Shown here piece after piece: positions 32,401-44,400 of a DNA stretch of 64,000 nt. A model generated the notes under the pieces. The model was given only the letters and a program-made list of their open reading frames with translations, was not told the DNA's origin and made no database searches. The translations under genes and the position numbers were made by a program. How positions within the stretch are numbered: the stretch's first letter is position 1; the number at the start of each line of letters is the position of its first letter. Source of the stretch: Barthelona sp. PCE (Eukaryota); assembly GCA_040285745.1 (NCBI GenBank), contig JAUFOR010000008.1:2046001-2110000 (forward strand), written 5' to 3'.

Positions 32401-35400
32401 ACAAATACCTCACAACCCTTCATTGTCCTCAAAGGAGCAAGAGATCGAGGTTGGTCGTGTTAAGTTTGACAGATTCATCAAGCGAAAGGATTTATACTGG
32501 AGTTTCCGTAACCGTTTGGTTGAACTCGTAGAATGTTATAATGAAACGTTTTCTGACTGCATTCGTTCTGGTGCAATTGATGTGTGCAAGTCTATTCTCG
32601 TCCTCGTCGAGGATGCGATGCATGTCGGTCTCAAGTCGATTAGTTGGGGGTTTTCCAATTTAGATGCCTTCTTGGAAACAAATTGGGATCGGCTCAACTT
32701 GTTGAAGGAAAGTATTGAGGACTACAAGGAGATGCAATATTTCAGACTTTCTACATATCGGAACTTAGTTCATACCATCATCCTTGATAAGAAGAACTTT
32801 TCTACATGTCACACTGATAATTTCAAGTCAATTCCAACGCTTGAACAATTCCAAGAACATCAAATCGCGCATATCGAAGAGTTATCAGAGGGTTTCTCTT
32901 GTTCAGTCGACAGTTTTGATCGGAAATCGGCAGCAATGTTCAGTATTCCCAAGCGTGTTAGCCGTCTGGGTGGATCTATCCTTCCCCAAGAAGAGGAATT
33001 CTGTATTAAGGGACTCAGCGATTCCAGAAACCTTATTTCGGACGTAATCTCTCGTGCTGTACTCTATACTTGGAAGCGTGTCTTTGATATTGCTGCGGAA
33101 AACAATACCCCTTTATTTGTTGTTGGTTTACAGTTAGTTGGTCCGGTTTTGCAGCCAACATCGACTGAGGCAGCTGTTCAATCACGCTTGGGTTCTGTAT
33201 TCTCAAAATCACTTCAAGTTGCACAACATCTACCAGAATCAAGTGTGTTTTACAAGGCTTGTTCAGGCATTTCGAACACGGACTTTAGCAACTTTGATCT
33301 TGAGGCAAGTCTGTTCGAGTTTACTTTGAATAACAGTATTTTTGATGCTGATTTTGATTCTCTCTTTGATTCACCCAAACCTGAAGTAATTGAAGAGTCA
33401 CATCCTGCACAATCTCCGTTCTCTGAAACATTAAGTCAATCATTGTCTCCAGCCCAATCAACTAGTGAGATGCTTGATTTGGCAGAAAATAAGAAATCAA
33501 AGCTGGATACTGTCTCTGTCAACTCTATGAGTGGATCTGCGAATATCCCTCTTGAACCACAAGTCTCACATATGAAACCATCAACGCCGCTCAAGGACAC
33601 ACCAAAGAATTTTTCGAGTGTTAACGATGTAGATGGTATGATTGACATTTTTGCTGAGGTTGCAAATTTTGAGGAAAAGCCAAAGGAAGAGCAAGAAACA
33701 TTTGTGCTTGAGATTAATGAAAAGATCATTTCTTCGACCGAGGAAGTTGAGATTGATAGTGCTTCTTCACTTAACTCTGCATTTAAAAATGCAAAAGTTG
33801 TTGAAGAAGAAGAAGAAGAAGAAGCATTCACTTCAGATGCTTCAGTAGCTTCTTCAAAGATGAATGTGCTCACTGAAATTGTTCGTCGTGATCCGGCAGT
33901 TTTTAAGCTTTCAATGAACTTGTTTAAGCGAGTTGTTCAGAGTTACAAGCCGATCACAGAAGTGATAAAGGTGTTTGAGGAAGATTTTGGGTGGATTTAC
34001 AAGAGTGATGAGGAAGACGTTATTCGTGAAATAGCACTCAACAAACCTTCGCTCCAGGGATTCGAGGAGATGTTCCAAAAGCTGGAGAACGTACGCATCG
34101 AGATTCAGAAGCTTCAAGACTTTGTTCTCCCCGAGGGTTCCTTTATTGGTGTTGATTTTTCTCAGCTTAAACAAGCAATGCTTGCTCAGTTACATCAATG
34201 GTTTGGTCTGTATTCATATGTTCTTCGACAGGACTGTTTCAGCACTCTGGAACGTTTGATAATCAGTAACATTGGCCTTATGGAGCATATTTCGACGGAA
34301 ATAGCAAAGCTTGCTGATTACGATACTGTTGTCAAAATGATTAATGACATTAAGATGTATGGTTCGGAGAAGGAGTTGGAAATACACTCTATACAATCAG
34401 GATATCAGCTGCTGCACCGATATCACGTTGGTATTCCACGGTCTGCATCTGAGCAAGTAGAGCGGATATTTGCCGATTTCAAATCCAATCACGTTCGAGA
34501 ATTTTTGACACCGTTGCACTTTTTCTTCGATTACTGTCACTCAAAACTGGTTGGTGAACATCAGTTTGAGGCAAAGACTGAGTACACTGTATTGCAGTCG
34601 CAAAGGACAATGTCTGATGGATATACCGGTCGAAACTCTTACCGATCTATAACAAGCAGCATGCAAGACACGGATCAGGACTCGAACGCATCTCTTGAGT
34701 CAAAAGGATCGATTTTTTCAGCCCGTAGTGGTGCGAGTATGCACAGTAGACGTTCTGGGACAAGTAGTCATTCAGCTAAACATTCTCGCCACGGTAGGGT
34801 TTTAGAGTCCATGAGACATAAGGCTGCCACAATCATTCAGCGCGTTTGGCGTGGTTATGTTGTCAGACGTGATTTACGAAAGGCAAATCTTGTATACGCC
34901 ATGTCAGAGTCATCAAAGAACTCTCTCACATCACTTGAGTCAGATGTATTGGCACTCGACAGTGTATCAACCATGTCATCCTCGCTTCATAGCTCTTTTC
35001 TGTCTGTGACGAATACGGATATCTCTGGTCGATCAATGGATAGTTTGGCCTTTGCAATTGTGAAGCAGAAATCATCAATTGTATTTTTTAACCAAATGTC
35101 CCGACAAGCATCACATTCTATCGTTGAGAGCGGTATTCTCAACAGGGTAAGAGAACTCACTCAGATAGAGGGGTTCAGTAGCATCTTCCAGCACGTCTAT
35201 TCTGATGATGTGATTGAGGCATTGCTGTTGAAAACCCTTGACTTTATTTGGAATAAGTTGATGAAGAACCTGACGGAAGCTGAGACAAAGATTAAGACCT
35301 CTCATGCGATATTGAAGACAAAGGCGTTGGAGTTCGAGAAGTCTTTGCGTACACGTCTAATGCAGTTCCAAACTGAGCTCAGTGGAATGCATCCGTTGGA

Positions 35401-38400
35401 GCTGGGTATTACCATTGAGGAAAGTGACCATAGATTTGGTAAGCACCGTAATGTGTGCAACCGCATTACTGACTCAATCGATTATTATAGACACGCTGTT
35501 CGGATATTTAATCTTCCAACACTCCCAGTCAAACAGTTGGAGGCCCTAGCACGTATTCTTGTGATGATTGAGAACCTGCATAATCTACATTCGAATCTTT
35601 TCCAGGTCATCTCTTCAATTTTATCAAGCTCAATTTCTGCGTTGCGTCTTTCAAGGGTTGCAAAGGATGTGAAGAAGCTCAGTGATGGGTTCCTTTCAAT
35701 TTGGCATAATCCCAAAAACCACGACGAGGACTCTCGTCTCAATTTGATTCGGGGAATCAATCCAGAGTTCAACAAAGGAGCTTTCCAACAGTCTCAGCTA
35801 ATCAAAGATATCATCCACATGTTGGAGTTGGGTTCAAGCCTCTTACCGGTGCTGAAGATTATTGTTCAGGCAGGCTTCACAGTAGTTCATTGGCGGCATC
35901 TAATTGCTGAACTGCAATGGACGTTTGAAAATGAGGTGAACGGCGAGGATGGCCTGAGTTCAGACATTGTTGATCGCCGTAAGAACGATGTTGCTCTTAT
36001 TAATAGATTGACCTCTTCTTCCTCACTCGAGGAGCTGACTGTTGGTGAATTACACAAGTTTGATCTCATTTATCACGCTGATATTATAGAGAAGTATTCG
36101 AGACTGTCGGTAGAAGAGAGAGATATTGAGATACATCTTAAGGATATTACTGAACGTTGGCCTGCTTTATTCTTCGGTTTCATTAGTTACGAAACAGACT
36201 CGGATATGTTGGGGTTCATGAATAACCAAGGGTTCCAGATGGATAGTAAGATAGATCTTGCTAGTGACATAGAGTTAACCAAAGGTTCCCGTGATGTGTT
36301 GGACATTGAACAGCTCAACAGATTAATCCGTGATGTACATTCAGATAACATTGTGGTTGAAGATTTGTTAATTAAAGCTACACGTGTCTATCAAGAGATG
36401 TACGATACTGAAGATTCAAATATAAGTATCGCTCCACCTCTTATTACTCGATTGAAATTGTGGTTTGATGTTCTTGTTCATCTTAAGGAATCATTCAATG
36501 ATCTTCTTGAGTTGCAAAACTTAATTATTGTGCTTGAACGACTCTTCCGTGGACTTTTCGACTCTGAATCAGTTGATGTAATTAGTATGAATCTGATGCA
36601 GGTGTTCCACACGATGATGGTTAACTGGAATAATTTAATCCATGTCATCCACACGAAAGATGATCATGTTCTAGATTCTTTCATAACATTGCGTCAGATT
36701 GACTTTGATAAGAGTGCTTTGTTGACTGAAATTTTGCCTTCACTAAACAGAAGTTTGAATGAGGTACGGGAGAATCTTCAACCTTTGCTATTAGATCCGA
36801 GTCAATCGGTTAACCGCGCATATTTCCTTCCTGAGGTTGCACGTTTCAGATTCTTTGCAGATGCTCTTGTAGCAGAGAGCGCTGCTGATATTTTCTTGGG
36901 TAATTCTATTACTTTACTGTTTCCGATGCTCAAGAGCGTTCTAACAGATCACAAGAATCCTAATTTGATAGTAGGAACTGTAGGTCGTTTCGGAGAGATG
37001 TTACAATTTGATAATAGCATAGATATCTTCAACAAGAAGTTTAAGAAGGAGGACGAGGATGTGTTTACTAATCAGTATTTGCTGAGAAGATTACGTTACA
37101 TAGTTAATCAGATTGAAATTCAAGTTAGATTGACTGTACAAATATTGGTTCGTTCATGTTTTACTGAATACACTAATTCAATTGGTAACATCACTCAGTC
37201 ATATTCCAATAGCGCCTCAGCCGCTAACCGTGCGCTCATTGATAGTCTCAGTGAAGTGTGTTTGAACTATACTGGTCAGGCAATGTGGGTGGCTGCTCTA
37301 ATAGATTGGACGAGATTTGTGAAACGATGTATCACTCATTCTAAGCGTAGAGATGATTTATCTCGCCGACAAACAATTTATGGAGCTTTGGAGAGTTCAT
37401 TTTGTGAAAAATGTAGTTCTTCAAACAATGTATTGGATAAAATGCGTTTACGTAACGCAGCAATCACTGCGCATTATTTAAATGTTATAACTACGGATCT
37501 CACACAATGTTCTTCAAAGCAGGATAGGGAGGTTTTGTTCGGAAAGATGTTGCAATATCAATATGATGAAGATTGTGAAAATATTGTGTGGGTGTGTGTA
37601 GGTAAGAATTTGAAGTATAAGTATCAGTTTGACTTCATCTCCATCAACCAACCCGTAAAAAGGTCAGCTGTATATGGTATGCTTCATACAGATACTACTG
37701 GCAATGCTTTGCTTCCAATTTTTTCGAACAACACAGTTGATGCGTTTAAGAGAGCTTTTGCAGGAATCATTTTTGGTGGTCTTACCGTTGTTAGTGGTGC
37801 TGCGGGTATGGGTAAGAGCACCTTCGTGCAACAATGCTGCACTTTGTTTGGTACTGTTCCAGTTGTAGTAGATGCAACAATGACTCCAACTGTTAAGCAA
37901 CTCTCCAATTTCTGTGAGGGATGTGCACTCACTTTACAATGGGTTTTCATTCAGAACCTTCATGTGTTGCCAGCTGATGTATTATCTCGACTTTCTGTTT
38001 TTGTTCACAGTATTCGTATGAGAATGGGTTTCATGAACAGTGACCGGAAGACGGTTTTCTTTGGTACAACTGAGAACCCTATCAATTCTATTGATAATCA
38101 GGATATTCGTGCAGTTATGCGACCTGTTAGATTACCCAAAAATGTGTTAAGTGGTGTTGTTGAGGCAAAATTAGTCTTGTTTGGATTTCCAGAAGCCTCT
38201 ATTTTTGCCAAAAAATTGATTGAGCTGATTTTGACAGTGCAACCGAAGATAAATTGTGATATTACAATGAGTCAGATCAGCGATATCATTACTGCAGCTC
38301 ACGATATCATGGTCGACATTAACAACCAGCTGGACGCTACGAATCTAGGCAGTCGTTCTGCACGTAGTGAGGTTACCAACACGGCAAAGAGATCAATTAA

Positions 38401-41400
38401 TGTGGCAGTATACGCCATCAATCATGCATGTGAGATATTTTTGCATCACATGACAAAATACAGTCATTTTGTTCGAGCAGAGCTTGCAGATCCATTGCTG
38501 ATAGAAGCTCTCAAGACATTAAATCAGAGTATGGACACCAGCAGCCGTCAAAAAGCTCTTTACACAAGGGTTAATGATATTGTCAACACATACTTCCACT
38601 ACTCGTCACTTAACATGAGTAGATCTAGTCATGCGAATGAAGCAAGCATTTTGCTAACAAATGAAGAGTTCTTACACAGTGAGATCGAGGAGGTTATTGA
38701 AGCACTTCATCTGGCCAAACCACCCGCCGTCATGTATGATACTATCCACTCTGTTTTGGAGATTCTTAACGATCGCAATGCTGTTCACATTTGCGGTCCA
38801 CCAGAGTGCGGTAAGACAACGCTCGTAGAGATTGTAGTTAATGTATTGAACAGAGTAAGTCCTGCAAGTATAATAACCATTCCCTCCAACATAGTAAGTG
38901 AAAGAGAGCTCTTGAAGCAACTGGAATTAGCCTCGCTGTTTGCTAACCAGACCATATTCTTCCACATTGAACTGAACAGTTCAATGATTCTGCCGTTGTA
39001 CAAGTGTCTTGGATCTAACATTATTGCTAACCGCAATAGGTACTTACTCAAATCAGGTATTGTGTGGGAAGTTCCATCAAATGCAGTCTTTGTATTCGAG
39101 AGTTGCACTGACCTCCAGTTCAATCGATCGATTGAATTCAATAACGTTCCTCAGGTTGTTGTTCCTCAGTTGGTTACTGTCAACTGTCTTGTTGATCAGT
39201 TCTGCAAGCGCATGAGCTATGACGAGTCAAAGCACATTGCGTCCAAGAACTCTTTTGGGAACGGTATCGAAGCAATGATTGGGTCGAGACTGCAGTCTCA
39301 TTTGGGCACCCCGAGTATGAGCATGCATGGATCAGTCAAATCATATGGTTTTGCCCACAGTGAAGCACCATCTCTGGCTCCTTCAATAAGTGGGCTGGGT
39401 ACAAGAAAATCTCCAGCATTAAGTAACGGTAGCCGTGCACGTAGTCGTATATCATATGCTCCAACAGTATTAAATGCCAACCTTATTCAGGATATGCAAA
39501 TATTTGAAGAAGATTATCTTGCTTCTCTTGAGCGGGATGATGATATAAGTGGAGGATCTCACAAGAATTCTGACTTGGGTTTTTCTAACAGAGGAAGTAG
39601 AACTCCAGCACCTGTTTCTTTTGATATTGAAGAGCCAGAAGGGTCAGACATTGTTGATCCAGAAGAGGAATCAACTCCTTGTCTCATTCGATGGCTTTGT
39701 ACAAAGTTCCTTTTACCAATCCACGCTCTGGTTTTTATCGTTAGTGACACCGAATTACTACGTTTCAAACCAAAGACCTCCTTGTCTTTACCTCAGCTTG
39801 TGCGAGGTGTGATTGGTATTATGGGCGGATTTATCAACACTGCGATAGAGAAAGGCGAACACGAGTTTCCGTTCGAAGGTATGGTCATCCGTAGACTGTT
39901 TGCGATGGCAGTCGTTTGGACAATAGGGCAAGTTCTTCCTTCATCACAGATTGTTCGTTTGAATTATATCGTCCTTGCTATATTCAAGCTCCCAGGATTG
40001 CCACGCGTTAAGATGGATATCGCTGCAACTGCTAGTCGTAACGTCCTCAGAAAGCGTCGTACCACCCCTCGTTCTTCAAGAAACCAAAAGGCATCAACCG
40101 ATAGCGTTTCACTTCGTATGAAGAACTTGGATATTGATCTTTTTACATCATTCCTTGACATGTCGAGTGGGCATTTCCTTTCATTGAAGCGTTACGTTGT
40201 CCAAAATGATATTCCACCAGTCATCCGTGAAAACTCAGTTGAACAACATATTGACGTACTCAATTACAGATATCCAACAACAGTTGCTGTTCGCATGCAC
40301 TTTGTGTCGAGTTATTCCATTCGTGCGTACAATGCAGGTTATCTACCAACTCCACCAACTTTTGCTGTGCTTCCTGAGCCGAACTCAAAGCACGAGCTTA
40401 TCCTCAACGCGATTGGTGAGATTGGTGATGCCGACTTTAACATGGACGATGCGTCCATTTTGAAAGTGGATTTCTCAACCACTGAAGCACCCGAGTTAGT
40501 TGGTGCATTGTTGGAGAGATCTCAGCCTGTTGCTCATGAGACATACAGGGCTCGCGTAAAGAACAAGTTCAACACACTACTGGTTAAGTGCCTTCACTAT
40601 GACGAATCAGATCGCCCAGACAACGTCATGCGCCTGACGATCAATCCCATTGTCGCAGGAAAGAAGATCAACGACTTTGGTTTCCAGAATGTTGCGTTCG
40701 AGAACATTTCATTCGTGTTGGAATTTAAGTCGTCTGACGTTCCAATGACGGCTCACAGAGGTATGATTCCTGTTTGCGTTTCTCCTCCATCTTATGATGA
40801 CCTGACTGACGTGTACATCGACCGTCTAAAGTCTCATCTGTCTGTGAAACGTGGCTTCGCTCCATCCCTTGATTCTATTCCTCGTATCATCGCTAAGATT
40901 ATCATTGACTGTACGCGTGTGCTCGCAGGTTGTATCGGTGTTGATCAGAGAGCTTTAGAGGACGATGCTAAAGGTGATGAAATTAACCTCGACACAGCCA
41001 CGTTGAAGGAAGTGTCATACACAGAGCACAAAACTCTGCCTATCGACCCCCTACAACTTTCTGAGGTAATGTCCATCATTATGCTGATCGCACCCAAACT
41101 GCAACCAAACCCCATACAGTATTTCCAGTACATCTACTCAAGCTTATCTGTTGTGACGCATCACCTACCAGAAGAGGTTAATTTCAAGATTTTGGAGCGT
41201 TTCCAGCAGACGCTGAAGGAGAACAACATCACATTCGATCCTGCAGTGTTTAATCAACTTCTATTACCTTTCCTAATATATACACGTAATGATAAGTATA
41301 ACATAACTTATCTAACTCAAAAATCATGCGCTAACTATCTGAGTGAATGGTGTGGCATCTATTCTAAGATACGTGATCAGGATGCGCGTTACCTATTATC

Positions 41401-44400
41401 AACTAGTGGGTTGCATCTTGGATACTTGTTAACTCTTCCAAAGATCCACACACTGTGGTGTATCCTTGAGAAAGATTTTGTGCCTGATGGTTTTTTGCCT
41501 GTTCCATATTTTCTTTATGACTTTTTAAAGAGCATTGTGAAGATGCTTAATTATGAGTTCATACTGTACAGAACGGGTTTCACAATAGATAGTAATGAGT
41601 TACCTGATGATGTCAATAAGCCAATAATATTTATGGTGACGGAAGATATTGTCAGGAGTACTATTTATGATATTTATTCATTTAATCGAGCATTAACCAT
41701 GCATACAAAGCGAAAGTTTACCTTCTTGCTATTGGCCCATCAAAGTGACCAAATAATTAATGAGTATTACGGATTCTTTAAGACTGATGAAAACGGAATC
41801 TTTTACACTTCAGTGTATGAGCTGACTTTTTCGCTCGTTTTAAACAACGATCAGCTCATGGAAGACGCATTTATGGAATCCAGCAGCGAGAGCGAAGACG
41901 AAAAAGAGGATATCGACAATGAATATATCAACAATGAATCCAAGCAGGAGACAGAAAACTGTGATGAGTTACATGTTCACGTCGACGATAATGTCATTGT
42001 ATGTTCTGATAAAGATAGTGAGAAAGATGAGACACCCCATGGCGTTGCTGTTCTTACCAAATTTTCTATGGCGCTTGGTGTTCACCCTGGTGACTTGGTC
42101 GTCAACGTTGTTCGTGTTCTATTTTCCATGCTATCATCCCGAATCATGGATTCTGACATCAGTAATCGTTTTCATACGATATGCGAGGGTTTCTTCTCTT
42201 TTGAAGGTTTTCCATCAATGACGAATCTTCTGAACAGTCGATCAGAATCTCAATCAAAAGAGATCACAAGTGTCATGGGTGCCAACAGAGAGCGAAAGAA
42301 GACTGAAATAGTTGAACCATTGCATCGTAGCCGTGTTATTGTGGATAAATTTGGAATATTCAGTGATTTTATCAACATCATTGGTAAAATTATCCATAGT
42401 AATTCCAAATCTGTATATTATCACAACGTTTCGAAGTACATCACCACAATGAATATTATATCCTTCTTACCTACAATGGTGAGTGTTGTTGAGAGTATTC
42501 GTAAAATCCAAGCACAGGAAGGATACCGTCTAGATATAATTACAAAGGTGTTAAATAGACAATATGATCTGCGTAGCATCCTGGAGACAAACATACAGAA
42601 TACGAAAGATAACATTAAGGAGTTGGAGGAGAAGCGGATCGAGATATTCAACGAATTTTCATCTTTTCACTTGGAAGTTGTTCGTCTTAAGAAGCTACTC
42701 AAGATAAATCTTGATCATGATGTCGAGTCGCTTTTGTTGAAGTTCGTTGACAGTCATTTGTATGCGATTGAGAAGAGCATTGAGGTGTTTTGTGAGAAAT
42801 ATGCAACGATCATCGATCGATTTGATTCCACATTCCCACTGTTACTGCACGAATGGAGCAACGACACACACAGCTTTGTTGAAATGTTCTATGTTGTGTT
42901 CAAGCGCATGCCTGCACCAGACGACGAGCAAATCTATGAATACCTCAAAGAGCGCGAACACTTGGAGAGTTACACACTGAATACCGTCCCTTACGATCAG
43001 CCCAAAGACCAAAACGAGCTGCCGCCAGTCGAAAATGAAGAGTTTCAGTTCACAGGTCCGGAGCCAGAAGCGGAATCAGAATCTGACAATGTTAACTATT
43101 ATGAGTTCGACGAACCCAATCTTTTCTTGCAAGAGCAGCATTATATTGCGTTCTACAAGCAGTTGATGCACTTTAACTTTGCAGAGTACCTCAAGGACGG
43201 TAAATTATTTATGAATCTGAGCAACTTCCTTGACATACCCGTGAACACTTTGCAGCAAATGCATAAGCTGTTTACTTCAAAGCAGGCTCAGTTTGAACAC
43301 CTGGTTGAGCACATTCCGTCTATATCACAACTTTACCGGTTCTTAGTCGATTTCATGGCGATTCTAGGCGACATGCTTCCTGTTCTCATTGATGAGTCTG
43401 ATACTGAACAGTTTGATGTTAACGAACTGAAGGAACAACTCAAGTTTTCCTCAACTAGTACCGATCTTCTCAAGCAAGACTATGACTTCACGACGATGAC
43501 GCTCACTGAGCAACGTCAGCAGCTGATTGATCTTGAAAATGATCACGGGCGGTACACAGAGGTCATCAGCGGGCTGCATTCTCTGATAAAAGTTTTGGAC
43601 GAAGTGGTCAACATTAACGATACAAAGCTGTTTATGAACGGATCGTATATCATATGCAGACTTCTATTCATGCCCCTGTTGCCGGGCTGGATGCATTCGC
43701 AGTTCGACGAGACAATGAACAGTGTGTTTGTTAACCGACTGCATCTGCCATTGGAGGCGTCCTACAATATTAAAGATGAGTTGCTCTCGTTGGAGCTCAC
43801 ATCCAAAGAATCTAAGTTCAAATATCCGTGGCTGCTCGATCTCCAATGCGACTTTGGTTCATTTGAACAATTATTGTCTGTCCTTGTCAACTTACGAATT
43901 CACCCTGTTATCACTTATGACAATGAGTTGTCCATCTCGTTGCTTGAGAAGCTGTGCAGTCGTACTATTCATAAGGGGCACCTTCGCGAATACCGGAATC
44001 TGGATCCTGAGGCTGTGTATATTGTATACATTGACTCACAAGAAGACATAGATCAACTACACTTTATGTTTGAGCAGGTGAACAAGGTGAGTATTAATAA
44101 GGAGCGATATCCCGTGTGTTGTCTTAACGGAATTCACGAATTTAAGCTATTCTTTGACTATTTACCGTTTTTGGTTATTGTTCCGGATGAGAACTGGTTG
44201 CATCGCATTAACTTTACGCTTACAAGCTGTATCTATTGGGATTCAGAGCCATCACGTGCTTTCATGAGTTATGAATTGACAAACAGCATATTCCACAACG
44301 AACATGATACTCTAAAAGCACAACTCCAACAGTATATCAAGGACTCATATAATCTCAAGACTTCCATAGACGATGAGCGCAATGGGCTGATCGATGAGAT

